Of a stretch of 64,000 bases of DNA, positions 1 through 12,689 are shown piece after piece (the first letter of the stretch is position 1; each line of letters starts with the position of its first letter). Under the pieces are notes generated by a model, which saw only the letters and a list, made by a program, of their open reading frames with translations, was not told the origin of the DNA and searched no databases. The DNA comes from Utricularia gibba. Lineage: Eukaryota > Plantae > Magnoliophyta. The DNA is taken from positions 1,116,001 to 1,180,000 of the forward strand of contig NEEC01000002.1 of NCBI GenBank assembly GCA_002189035.1, read 5' to 3'. Position numbers and translations under genes: made by a program.

Positions 1-674
1 TCGCCTGCTTGTTTGGATAAGGGTCCAGGCTCCAGTAATCGCTAGATCGGAACTCTTCCGAACCTCCATGGACTGACCAGTATCCGAAATCCGACTTGCC
101 CTCCAACTCTGATCCCTCCAAACCAGGATTCTTCTCTTCCCTCCAAAGCAAAGTATTCCTCTTGGTTCTTCTACGAAAATTGGATCTTTAGAATCAGCGT
201 TGTGTCGGAAAAAAGGCTCTTCCAACCAACAGGTCAACAATGGTAGTCGTTTTCGCTTCGACGGTTATAATTGTGTGAATAGAAAAAGTTCAGAAAAGGG
301 GTTTTGAGTGTAAATTTGAATAACTGAAGGGGTATCACCAAAATGTGGCATAACATATGCGTGAAGGCCAAGTCTTTCGAGCGAGGGAAGCAGAAGGAGA
401 CAGCGCCATGGCGGTGGTCTGGGGTGTAACGTATTGATAAATCCCCCGTTGCTGGGCTTCGGTTTGTTAATGGCGAACAAATTTTCAGGAAGATGAGAGA
501 GGAACGGCCCCCCAGTTAGGTAACTCCGCAGATGAGAAGCAAGGTTCGAGTAGGGCGACGATTTTGAACGTGAATCACCTTCTCTGAATCGGTCTTGATT
601 GACCCATCTCGGAAAGTGAAAAGGGGAGAAATTGCCACCCAAATCTCACACAGACGGAGCCCAGCTTCCGGGTT

Positions 675-686
675 TTTTCGCGAAAA
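675..686. promoter_or_regulatory. Palindromic E2F-like element upstream of the MOM1-like gene
   Basis: TTTTCGCGAAAA is a perfect palindrome resembling TTTSSCGS sites, about 65 nt before the first visible MOM1-like coding segment. Function is inferred only. Confidence 0.3.
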
Positions 687-750
687 CAGCGGCCAATGCT
701 GAGGAGAATGGCGGCGCGTGGCACCTATCTTCCAAAATCGATAGCTTGAG

Positions 751-3700
751 GTGATAAATAGTGGAAGAAGACTAATTATTGGAAAGGGAACACCAACCGC
801 CGCGCGGAAGGAACAGGGGAACCATCAACCTAGTTGGGTACTGAAGGAAAAAGGGGACAAAAGAAACTTGCAAGTCTTTATGAGATCGATGGAGGAAGTG
901 GCGGTTGGGCTGAAAAGGAAGAGGATGACTGCTTGGTCATTCAAGGCATCATTTCGGAACCCCCAGAAAAAACGAGCAAGTAATTTGGTGCATCCTTACG
1001 ATAAATTGTAGCAGAACTTATGTTTTTTTCTTCTGCCCCGTAGAATGCTCATTTGGGTATCTTTGTCACATTTTTCTGGAGATTTTTTCTTTTAGAATGT
1101 TGCTAGTGAGTATAATCATGCTGGAGTATAGGTGAGATGTATATTGAGGGTTTAAGCGTCTTATCTTCTATCAGGTGGGGATGCTGAGGTTGAAAATGCA
1201 AAAAAAGCATCCAACAGCTGCAGTAGTAATGATAATAGTAAAGATGGCTTGATGAAGAAAAGGATTAACAGAGAATCTGGTCCTGCCTTTGTTCAAGATG
1301 GGGATCATCAACCAGCTCAACTTGCAGTTGCTGTTTCTAATTCTGATAAAGGTAGCAAGAATTTTCTTATGCAACTGCCTTAGTAGCATTTCAACTTGAC
1401 ATTATTCTGAAGTTTATTTGTGTTGATCTGAGGAAGTCTGTGACCGATCCCAACAATTTCGGAGAGACAGCATGATTGATGAGGTCAGCTCATGCAGCTT
1501 GTCCGGCCTGGAATCATTTGCTTCCGTGTCTGTGTCTGAAGATAGGGCATCATCATCAGTTCAGATGAACCTTAATGATCTTCCGCAGGGGGCACCAATA
1601 GGATCACAGGTAACCATTGAACTTTCAGTAAATGCTTTTCCTTTTTCTTCATTTATTTTTTTTCTCACAGTATGAGATTTGATACCGGCCTATTGGTGGA
1701 CAGGCTGATCTTATGATTCATTGGTGCTAGGGTTGTGTTCATGAAAATTTTGTCAATAGCTGATGGATTTTTATTTATGCCTCTTTGCTGTTGAATAGAA
1801 TATGATGGGGAATTCGGTACCTGAGGATGTCTTTCTGTTTGGAATTATGCCATTACCTCCAATCTTAATAAACAATTGTCATCGGATTCAAGACTTGGAT
1901 TGTTGACTGTGGTGGTGCTGTAATTTGTTATCTTTCCAACCAGGAGGAATTTCACAAGATTTGGGAGAAAGAAAGGTGTAGACTGGAAGAAGATCACAAA
2001 CTGGAAGTTGCCCTCATCCGGCTAATTTATGGCCATGGTGGCATTGCTAATGGCAAACTGGCACATTTGGAAAAGACATTTTCTGATAAACTAGAAAAGC
2101 ATAATCTTCTGAAAAAACAGCGGATTGAAGAACTTGCGATGGAGCAACTAGCTGCTTCAGAAAATGTGGCTGCTTCTCTACAGCAGAACCCTGATGCTGT
2201 TCCTCCTGAGGGCTCCAGTGGTCTGCTCGTTAAAGGGGTAAATGATGATAATCGTGTGGAGCCAGATGCAGAATCCGATGCAGAAAATAATGGTGCTTTA
2301 AACGAGGATTTGGGAAGGCAAAGGAATGAAATTGATTTAATAGCAGATGGTGGCTTGCAAAATTTTGGAGAAGCGTCACCAGACTCACAACCCATGGTAC
2401 ATATTGTTTATTGTTTTCAATCATTGGCGCATCAAATAATACATTTGCTGTGCCTTCTGATTTATAAATTGAATTGGTTATTGTTGTTTTTTTTTGTCAT
2501 TTTCAAACCAAGCCCATGTCTTAGAACTTAAGGGGTGGCATATTTTCTTGTCATGAATTATTTAGATCAGAAAATTGAATAGCCTGCTTACTATCACTAA
2601 AATAAAAAACCTTGCAGGTGCAAAGACAGGAATCTGGTGAGCTGCAAATCCAAACTGCACCTCCTGCGGAAATCCAATCCATGTCGGAGAGGGAGGTCAT
2701 AACATCAGCCATGGTGGACAATGCTGGCAGCAAGTCACCCAGTCTTCAAGTGCCACTGAATGATGGTGTAGAAGCTCCCATATCGTCTGTTGATGCACGC
2801 CTAGTTTCTGAGACATCAGAACAAGCACAACCGATTTTGGCTAATTTAACTTGTGGTGAAAATCTCTCTGGCGATGAACTTCTGGATCAAGGAGCAAGTG
2901 CACCTCAAATTGCAGAGTCTATTAGAAGAGAAGAACTTCCGGAGGAATCATTGTCTTCAAATCTTGGGAATCTGCAGGTGCCTATGGGCTGCAATAGGCA
3001 AGCTGCATGTGATGGTGCTCCTGCACAGCCTCCCCAGGTAACTTCTGTATTGCTTGATACCATTGCTGCACCAAGAGACGTGTCTGCAGTTGGAATTCAA
3101 AACGAACCGCCCCCTTCAATGGGCATTGCTCTCAACCATAGTGTTCAATCCCCAATATGGAATTCCACTCAACCATCACCAGCTGGTCTGTTTCATTACT
3201 CAATACAAAAAATTCTTTCAGATGCTGCAGATCTAGAGAAGAACCATCGCGACATGGTTAGTTTCCAACCCTCTATTTTGTACTGGCTTTTGCTGCTTTC
3301 TCATGATAGTTAAACCCCATTGTGTGTGGCCAGATGTCTAAGGTGAAATCTGACTGTGAGAGAGAGCTAAGTGAAATGCTTGTACAAGTGCGTAGGAAGT
3401 ATGGACTGAAACTTGAGGAGGCTGAAGCCGAATTCAAACGAAAACGAGATGAACTTAACAGAAACCAGAAGAAAATTATTGCTAGCCAGATGTTGGCCGA
3501 GGCTCTCAGGTCCAAAGGACCAGGTATTTGAACGATTTTATATTTGCTGGATGATACATAAATGCCTTTTTTTTTCCTAAATTGGAGTGTATTTTCCATT
3601 TCTATATTGATCTGTGTGCATTTGCTGATTTTGATTCCAGAGATAGGCGTCTCTGAATGCATATTCATGTTTTCAACGCTGTCTAGTCACCAGGACGTTC

Positions 3701-4326
3701 TGTGTTTTGACAATTGTTGAACTTTTTGGAACGTATGCTGACATTTCAAGTCATTCTACAGCTTGTTTCTCCTGCTGAACATGGTTTGGGTTTTCAATGC
3801 AGTTCCCTGTGTTCTCCAGCAGCACCATTTGCCATATCCGCCATCATTGACACCACAGCATGGATCCTCAGGTGGCTCTGCTGCTCCAGGGCATGGAGCT
3901 GTTTCAGCTCGACCAGGTGCAGTTCTACATGGCGTGGCTCTCCCCTCGACCTCTGCTTCAAGGCCATCCATCCTGAATACCGCTGGCCCCCCTGCATATT
4001 TTCCTGGTAACAGTGGAGAAATCCCCACGGCTCGTTCCTCCACAGTCCCTGCTGTGACTCTTAACCCTGTGAATTATTCTCCATCACCGCTTCAGCTTCG
4101 GCAGCCACACATCACACTACAAGGCATTTCCAGCTTCATCTCTCAACCCAGTCCAATTCTGGGGGGAGGATATTTACCCCCTACCGTTTTGCCCTCTGCT
4201 GCTTCAGGACATCAGCCCCAAGGGGCTGCAAATCCTCTACTCCCGCAACATCTCTCTGGGCAGCCTCATCCAATGCAGCCTCCTGAGTCTCCCAGCGCAG
4301 TGTTGTGCAGCCCCTGCCACAAGTAG
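751..4326 (+). CDS. MOM1: MOM1-like chromatin silencing protein, reduced form with CMM2-like coiled coil; true 5' end uncertain
   Basis: Hand-built in-frame model: 751(or ATG 880)-979, 1175-1351, 1437-1609, 1944-2396, 2618-3256, 3334-3523, 3803-4326 = 2385 nt, 795 codons. MOM1-type segments: KRKRMTAWSFKASF, WEKERCRLEEDHKLEVALIRLIY...LEKTFSDKLEKH, and CMM2-like KSDCERELSEMLVQVRRKYGLKLEEAEAEFKRKRDEL...LAEALRSK. The acceptor at 1436 is weak. Confidence 0.75.
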
Positions 4327-4415
4327 CCATCCTGGTGACCCCGTAAGTTCCATTACACGAAACATAGCAGCTGGTGTTTTATGCCTGTCTGATGATGATT
4401 AGCCATTCTTACATG

Positions 4416-4420
<5 letters not shown>

Positions 4421-4450
<30 letters not shown>
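4421..4450. repeat. (GA)15 microsatellite
   Basis: Read directly from the sequence, just 3' of the MOM1-like stop. Confidence 0.95.
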
Positions 4451-4457
<7 letters not shown>

Positions 4458-4975
4458 TAGCTTGGTAGATGGGGTATCCAACACTGTGAATACTTTTGTA
4501 GGAGCCCCTTCACTTCTGTCCCCAGCAGCATCAGCTTCTGTCTGTAGAACCGCCCATGTGGGATTGCCTCTTATATTAATCAAAATCAGATTAATTACAA
4601 ATATTATATTATTTACTTTTTATTTATTTTAAATTTATTTATTTCATAGTAATTTATTTATAATATAGATTTAATTTTATTAAATTTTATAATACACATT
4701 TATATTATTATACAAAATAGGTTTATAACTAATTATATTTATATAATCTTAAAATTGATTACATATCGTATAATTTGAAATACACAGAACACAACTTTAG
4801 TATGTAACACATTTCAAAATCATTAATCCTCCAAACATATGATGACTACTGTAGACAATGTCATTAATATAAGTTTAATTGGTATTACGTGATCACTAAT
4901 CAACGTGTACCTAGGCCAAGGAGCGTTTCCCAGCCCATTACACTAGCAATCGACTTGTGTTATGCTTCAATGGAA

Positions 4976-4999
4976 TTTTTTTTTTTTTTTTTTTTTTTT
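4976..4999. repeat. Poly-T tract (24 nt)
   Basis: Read directly. Confidence 0.9.
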
Positions 5000-5239
5000 G
5001 CGCTTCTTCTTGATCAAGAATTTCTTCATGTGGGTGGTCTTGGATTTTTTTTTTAACAAAAATAGGAATTTATTATTTTTTTAAAAGAGGAATATTTCTT
5101 TTTTTTGTTTTCTGTTTTTTGAAACAAAAGTCGTTCGTACGATTTCAAACATGTAGGTGGTATCATGGTTCGCGTTTCGTGCCATTTATTGAGGCATTGA
5201 TTGCTGTATTTAGGTGGGATTCAAAGCCCACATACGCAT

Positions 5240-5275
5240 GTAGTAGTAGTAGTAGTAGTAGTAGTAGCAGTAGTA
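5240..5275. repeat. (GTA)n trinucleotide microsatellite
   Basis: gtagtagta... run with one gca interruption. Confidence 0.9.
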
Positions 5276-7230
5276 ATATACAGTAGTAATGAAACCCTTT
5301 CATTAATTGTGACACTTTGGGTGGCTGATTAATCATAAAGTCAATGTGAAAATTGTGCTACTTTCTCCACCCCAAATGCACCATTTATTAGGCCACTTGC
5401 ACCCCAAGGACTAAGGTAACCTGACCTCCCACTTCACCTCACATTTTTGGTAACTTGTCCTTAGGGTTTTGGGTCAAACACAAGTAGGGGGCACATGGCT
5501 TGGCTTCAAGACATGCCATGCAACTTGTGCACCGCGACTAATACTGCATCCAGTCAATGGCAGGTACAGTTGGTACCTGGGCCTTCGCAAGATGCAATTT
5601 TTAGGTCCCCCAGAAGGCCAAAACCCTCATGTCTGGTTCGCATCATGCAGAAGTGACTGATTGAATTCAACCCAATTGTTTCTTGGATCAGGATACCATC
5701 TCATCGTGCAGCAGTAGGAGGAGGAGGAGGAGGGGACTTGCCAAAAAGAAGAGCAGGTTTGAAAAGAGGAAGGCTAGCCGTAGATCATCAAGCGCCAGAG
5801 AGATTTGGGCATTAAAAATGGCAATATTCCACGCCCCTCATTACACAAAATTCCTTCTTCCAACCCAACTTTTATTACACAAGAAACTATCCTTATATTA
5901 TGTCCTTGAAACGCCTCAGAGGAAGAAAATCTCGCTTTCTTTTGTTTTACGAACTGCAAGAACAGCAACTGGTCTGGGGTTCGAAACCGTACATGGGTTC
6001 CTGTGATGAAGATGAAGACGTGAGGTGAGAGGTCCATAATGGGCTTAAAGACTTGGGATCCGAGGAATGATTGAGGCAGATCTTGCCCGTCCTCAAGGGC
6101 AGTGAACAGCGGTTCCTTTGGTCCTAAAAATCAATGAAAAATAATTGCAAACTGATCGTCACTTGCAGTAGACGACGGAAATCACTACAACCAGGCTTAA
6201 GGAATATTAATTGCACATCAGCCTACTAATCCTTGATTTAAAACTCTGCGTAACATTCGCACGATGCTGCATCCACCAAATATTCACCGCTTTCAAACAC
6301 TTTCCTCTCAGAAAAATTCACCGCAAACGACAAAAGGTCATGGGCATTCACCAAAAAATTATTTTGACAATATGTAACGCAGAACATAATTAGTTCATGG
6401 ATGTGTGATAATATTTCACATTGGTTACGGAAAGATACATATTTAAATATAAGAATTTTTTTTTAATATTGTATAAGATATTTTTCTTAAAAAAATAAGA
6501 ATATAAAACTGTGATTATTGAGTATCTAAATAAGATAATATGGTATAATAATAATATTTTACATAATCTTCTCACTGGGACAACTGATGCTTAAAGCAAA
6601 GATCATCTTTGTTTTGGTAGCAAAAAAGAAAAAAAAATCCCACCAACCTTTTTTTAATATATATAAAAAGAAATTAGGGTTTGAAATGATGAAATAAAAT
6701 ATTTGTGCTACATTATCTACATATATGACGAAGCTTTTAGATCCTTGGCATTCTACTTACCGTTTAGGTTTGAAATGCTTTTTTAAATTTGAATAAAAAT
6801 ATACATGAAGTGATATCTTTTTTCTATATTATATTATATTTTTTTTTAGAAAACTATATCAATTGATATCACTTGCTAAATTTTAATTGAATGTAAATTA
6901 AATTTATTTTAGTATAATATTATACTATTTAACTTTTTTTTTCGCATTTTGAACCGGAATCATGCGATTTCTGGTTTGTTCGTTATTTTTAGAATCAATA
7001 AACCGTTTTTCAACTTGGAACTGATTTTCAAAAATCGAATTATTTATAATTCAGCAACGGGAAATCGGGTTCTTCATTATGTGCAATAATTTAGAGAATG
7101 TTGTTTGGTGTAGCAGCTACTGCCCCCGCTCATCATCTTTGAACTTCGCTACGTGTATCATTTCGGACAAATTCCCCCTCAATTTACAACATTTTCAATC
7201 ATCCATCTTCCAAACACCATACCATTTTGG

Positions 7231-7501
7231 ATTGACTTCAAAAACCTAAAATTTCTCCGAAATCATAAAAAACCAATGCGATCTATTTCAAAGACACGAA
7301 TCCATAAAACGCTGGTGTGTTTGGTTGATGGGATTACATAAGTTTAAAAATCCATCCTACAAACATCATATTCTTTCAAATTGACCACAAAAACCTAAAT
7401 TTTCTTTGAAATCGTAAAAACCCAATGTGATCTATTTCAAAGACTAGAATCCCATAAAACCCTGGTACGTTTGGTTGATGGGATTACATAAGTTTAAAAA
7501 T
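7231..7501. repeat. Local direct duplication, two ~120 bp copies with 149 bp period
   Basis: attgac...caaaaacctaaa...gatctatttcaaagac...tttggttgatgggattacataagtttaaaaat occurs at 7231-7351 and 7380-7501. Confidence 0.9.
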
Positions 7502-8805
7502 AGAATTACGAATTACAGATTTGAATAAGTTAGAGATCACACCAATTTTTTAATCTCATCTACATAAATTCATAAACCCTAATTCCAAAATACTAGCCCG
7601 CATTTTCCTATAACACGAATGAGTATATAAAAGTTATTATTCGTGAAAAAAATTGATAATTTTTAATATATAATTTTGGAAATGAGGGGTTTGACTTTAG
7701 AAAGTCAGAGGAGGAGGGGGTGGGGGTGGGGGTTATTCTGCATTGCATTTATGGGGAGCCGCTTGAGGCGAATTAATGTCATTATGCAGCCCCTCCCTTT
7801 TTCTTATATTATAATGTATTTAATATAAGAAATTGTACGTCCCTCACATTCATTCATTCATTCATGGCCGTCTCGCTACTCCCACGTAGCTACTACCGTT
7901 TTTCAAACTTCCATTTCACTCTTGCAAATTAATAAATACTCTTTTTTTATTAATAAAGAAATTCCCCCACCCTATTTTCCATGTGCACATTTCGCATGGA
8001 AATTGTACAAATTAAAATTATAATGCTTTTTATTTCAGAAATTCACACCAAATCTTGGTTAGCCACCATCACGTAGGATGGAGCCCATGGAGGGATGCTC
8101 CTCATTCATTATTTAATAGTAATAGCATGTTTGATTAAATATATAAGATTTATTCTCAATTATATATATATCGTTGTTTGATTAATTAGGATATGTATAT
8201 CAATATTGTATAACTATATCACTCGTATTCTCATTTTTTGAGTATATGAGTGATTTATATAAATGAAAAGACTAAATAAGTCTATATATATATATACTTA
8301 AATTTTTATTATAGAATAAAAAACGTTAAATACAATTGAGTATATGTATACTCAATTACATTATATTTAAACATAAAAACACTCTATTATTAAAGCATCT
8401 CTAATAAAAATGGACCCTCCGACCGGCTTATGCGGTGTAACCCGGGTCGGTTTAGGGCAGTCCCGGTCGAAGAATGGGCACGTGATTTTTGTAAAAGAAT
8501 GGTTCATGGGACCTGCCTGATGCAGAGGAGGATGAGCTGGTAACATCGTACATGGAATTAGGCAGCCGGGTTGATGTATTCAAATACACGTGTTTTTTTT
8601 TTCCTGAGTGTTTTAATGGAATGGGAAGGTTTGAGGGGGGGGGCTCTGCGTTCTAAGGGACATGGCAATTCCCTTTTGACCATCTGATCAAGTCATAAAT
8701 ACGTCTGAGAAAAGGAAAAATTTTCATCATCTTTTCCACATTCCCTGTTGAAGATCCGCCAGGGTTTCAGACTTGCGCTCCTGCCTCTGCATGAGATCTA
8801 CAACT

Positions 8806-8840
8806 GTGTGTGTATATATAGCGCGCGAGAGAGAGAGAGG
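8806..8840. repeat. Compound (TG)(TA)(GC)(GA) microsatellite in the promoter/5' UTR of the GT2 gene
   Basis: tgtgtgtgtatatatagcgcgcgagagagagagagg read directly. Confidence 0.8.
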
Positions 8841-8906
8841 TAGGGGGTTTTCAGATCGGGAGAGTGATTCATTTTGCAGAGAAAGCTCCAAGCTGATCGT
8901 GCGTTG

Positions 8907-11816
8907 ATGAGGATGAGGCTGTCAAGAAACCACACCAAGAGAACTGGGGACTACCTGGAGGGGATGATAAGCGATTACTACTTCATGCAAGGGAAGCCCA
9001 AGGCCAGGGTTTCCAGAGGGGATTCATCTCGGTTCTTGACGTGCTTGCAGTTCATGTTCGCCATCTACGCGACGTCTCTGTTGCTGTACATGAGCCCGAC
9101 GATTGATCTCCGAGGGAGGATCTCGCAGCACCTGTCGCAGTTCGTGGTGACTTCCCGTGTGGTGAGTCATGTGCAGGATGGGAGTCCGGTGGCGGAAGGG
9201 GGTTGCGAGTACGAGAAGATCGACTTCGAGCAGAAGAAGTCCAACGACAGTGTGACGATCAAGATGAAGAAGGATCTGTACCAGGAGGTGCTTGATTTCC
9301 AGAGCAGGACGATCGGGACGGAGACGCTGGCGGAGCTGATGGCTATGAAGTCCAGGTGGGATTTGAAAGGCGCAACCTTGCCTAAGATCACTGTGATATT
9401 GAATCATTTCAAGCGGAAGACGCTGTGCGCGCAGCTGGACTCGCTTTTGAACCAGACGCTTCCGTTTCATCATGTCTGGGTGGTGTTCTTTGGGAGCTCT
9501 ATAGAGACATCCTTGAAGAGGATAGTTGAAAGCTATAACAATTCGAGGATCAGCTTCATCAGTTCAAATTATGATTTCAAATACTACGGGAGGTTTCAGA
9601 TGGCGCTGCAGACGGAGGCTGATCTTGTGTACATTCTTGATGATGACATGATTCCTGGGAAAAAGATGTTGGAGATCTTAGCACATGCTGCAGGAACTGA
9701 CAAGTACAAGAACGCTGTTCTGGGAAGTATTGGAAGGATTCTACCGTTCAGACAGAAAGACTTCACTTTTCCAAGTTACAGAAAGTTCAGATCAAAGGAA
9801 GCAGGCCTCTATGTCCCAGATCCTGCTTATGACATAACTCTCGACAAAGTTGTAAGAGTTGATTTTCTCTCCAGTTCTTGGTTTCTATCCTCTGAGCTTG
9901 TGAAGACCCTCTTCATAGAAACACCTTTCACATTCGCAACGGGAGAGGATCTTCACTTGAGGTATGAATCGATTTCTATCTTGCTTTTCGACAGCATGAT
10001 CATGACTGGATTTTTCTCGATTTCTGCCCAGTTATCAGCTTCAAAAGTATCGAGATGCAGGCTCTTTCGTGCTACCTGTGGATCCAAATGACAAAGAAAC
10101 ATGGGGAGATAGTGAGCATAGGCTGGCTTATGTCTCTGAAACGACTGTGATCTTCAAGGATGTGGTGAAAGTAAGAGACGATCAATGGTGGAAAGCTCTC
10201 ACAACAGGGTATATAACACAGTGGGCTTCCATGTACCCACAGCGTATCGATGCACTCTTCTACGCTCACTCTCTGGAGGAAGTGAAAGCACTGGCTCCTC
10301 TTATTCAAAAGTTCAAGACCACAACGGGTAAGAAGGGTTACCTTGTTGTCTCGGGAGGCAGTTTCTGTAGGTGCGAAGATGCAGCCCCGTAATGAAATGG
10401 AGTCCCTCTATCTGCAATGAGAGAAGGTTCAAGGTTCTTGATCTAGGAATCCACTCGTTATCCGGAGCATCGAATTCAGAGGTGCCCATTTTGCAAGCCA
10501 TCTACGCTAGCATGAAGGGGATCATTAGGATCCATAACCCAAGTGTGGTGATCACCGTCTCTGACATTGATCAAAATGTCAGAAAAGCCTTGTCTTTGGC
10601 CACAGACACTAGTGCAAATGGAACAACTCTTGTTCTCCTACCAAAAGAATCGATTTCCAACGCTCTTTGGATAGCTGATCTGCGCTCCACGGCCTTACCA
10701 TGTAGGACACTTTCCCCTGACTTGAAATTCATGATGCTGTGCTTTTCAAGCTGCTTATTGTTACAACTCCTAACCTTTCCAAATCACAATTTTGCAGACT
10801 GGAACCGGATGAAGTTGTCCATCAACATCATCACACAGAACCGTGCTCCCTCTCTTCTGAGGCTCCTAACCTCACTCAATAACGCCTACTACTTGGGAGA
10901 TAGTGTTCCAATAACCTTCAACATGGACAGCAAAGTAGATGAACCGACATTGCAGTTAGTGAAATCTTTTGAATGGGCACACGGGCCCAAGATCATCCGC
11001 AGAAGGATCATTCAAGGAGGCTTAATCCGTGCTGTGAGTGAGAGCTGGTATCCATCTTCAGATGATGACTTCGGTTTGCTTTTGGAAGACGACATCGAGG
11101 TCTCCACTTTCTACTATCTCTGGATCAAATACACGGTCCTATCATATTACTATGACCCAAAAGCCTCACTCCCAGAACTCAGCTCGGTATCCTTATACAC
11201 ACCTCGACTGGTTGAAGTGGTGAAAGAGAGACCCAAGTGGAACGCCACGGAGTTCTTCAAAAAAATCCATCCAAACACACCTTACCTCCAGCAACTCCCC
11301 TGCAGCTGGGGCGCAGTTTTCTTCCCCAAGCATTGGCGAGAATTCTACGCCTACATGAACATGAGATTCACCGAGAACGCAAAGGAGAACCCAGTTCAAA
11401 TCCCCAAATCCAGAACAAATGGATGGCAAGCCTCATGGAAAAAGTTCCTCATAGACATGATGTATCTTCGAGGATACGTGAGTCTCTACCCTAATTTCCC
11501 AAATCAGACGAGTTTCTCCACAAACCACATGGAGCCCGGTGCGCACATCAGCGCCAAGGACAACGTCGTTCAGCACGATAAGAGTGACTTCGAGGTCCCA
11601 TTGATGCAACAAGACTTCACGAAGCTGTTACCACGAGGGAAACTTCCGCAGGCTTCAAAACTACCATCCTTGAATCTCTTCAATCGCGCAGTGTCATTGA
11701 AGGGCCTGAAAGCCGCCGGCGCGAAACTGGGGAAGGACGTCTTGGAATGCCAATCGAATGAGATCGTGATGGCTAACCATGAAACCGGTTTGCCTTCCCA
11801 CTGCGCTGCCTTCTAG
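8907..11816 (+). CDS. Glycosyltransferase family 2-like type II membrane protein (At5g60700-type), ~914 aa after repair of one frameshift
   Basis: Exons 8907-9961, 10032-10701, 10798-11816 with GT-AG introns. N-terminal TM segment; motifs ITVILNHFKRKTLCAQLDSLL, YILDDDMIPG, LLLEDDIEVS, LQQLPCSWG. Exon 2 is 1 nt short, at the C4 run 10385-10388. Confidence 0.85.
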
Positions 11817-12214
11817 AATCTTCCCAGACGGCGGGCGCCATTGTTGCGGTTTTCAAAGCAATTTCCCACCATATTTATACTACATCATATGCATCCATCC
11901 ATACATACATATACATACATACATACTACATACCGTGTTGGACGTCTGATAATTGTATTGATGATTTTAAATTTATATTCTTATTTTTCAATTCCTTTGA
12001 AGATTTATTTATAAAATCATTATTTGTAGCATTATGAGAAATTTTATTAATAAATCAATAATCTGGAATATAAATTAAATTCCTTATTATAAGGAATGTC
12101 TGAACAAGGCGTTGCTCTAACGTTCCAAATTTGGGCCTCCATGAATTTTAAAATAGAGAAGCCCGGCCCATTTTCACGGACAGGCCTCTGGGCTTCGCGG
12201 ATCCAAATAAAAAA

Positions 12215-12232
12215 GGGGGGGGGGGGGGGGGG
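12215..12232 (+). repeat. G18 homopolymer (G-quadruplex capable)
   Basis: Read directly; the exact length is uncertain given homopolymer errors elsewhere. Confidence 0.85.
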
Positions 12233-12665
12233 ATTTTCATTAAAAAGGTAACCCAACCTAGCTTCACATATGTGTGTTCTTAAGCTATGTTTGGCTCTAA
12301 AAAATAGTTCTAAAAAAAGTGATTTTAAAGCACTTCAATTTTTATTGGAGTAGCAGTACCTCAATTTTTTAAAAAAATTAAAGCACTTCGCTGTTTCAGT
12401 TTTATGTAATCAACATGTGTTTTGTCCGAAAATCACTGCTAAAATTATTAAAGTTGAAACTGCACCAAACATACTCTTATTATTGTGTGTTTCTCTTTGA
12501 TCAATCCTACTTGTGAGGCAGGAGACAAACAAGAGGATGCAAGATTGGGACGAGCAAATGGCAAATGTTTGATTTTGCATGTGGAATGAATGATCCAGCC
12601 CCTGTTGGCTCCTTTCTTGCTCGAGCAGATGTTGGAGGCATGGTGGAGCAAGGGGACGAGCTGCT

Positions 12666-12689
12666 TGTGTGTGTGTGTGTGTGTGTGTG
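12666..12689. repeat. (TG)12 microsatellite
   Basis: Read directly. Confidence 0.9.

Noticed and set aside
5688-5791. Minus-strand C/D-box-like pair (TTGATGA ... CTGA)
   Set aside because: The C box is imperfect, there is no terminal stem or recognisable rRNA guide, and the interior is a CT-rich simple repeat.
5976-5988. GGGGTTCGAAACC, resembling a tRNA T-arm
   Set aside because: No acceptor stem, D-arm or A-box upstream.
5460-6400. Short ORFs on both strands, and a minus-strand splice-acceptor-like site near 6125
   Set aside because: No frame gave a recognisable peptide family (CLE, RTFL/DVL, IDA, CEP, RALF and PSK motifs checked by eye). It could be a lncRNA, but the sequence alone cannot support that.
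9024-9473. Long antisense or overlapping ORFs over real genes (also 14574-15271, 24298-24678, 34950-35393, 58453-58929, 59470-60198)
   Set aside because: These are shadow ORFs of GC-rich coding sequence, with no independent homology or start context.
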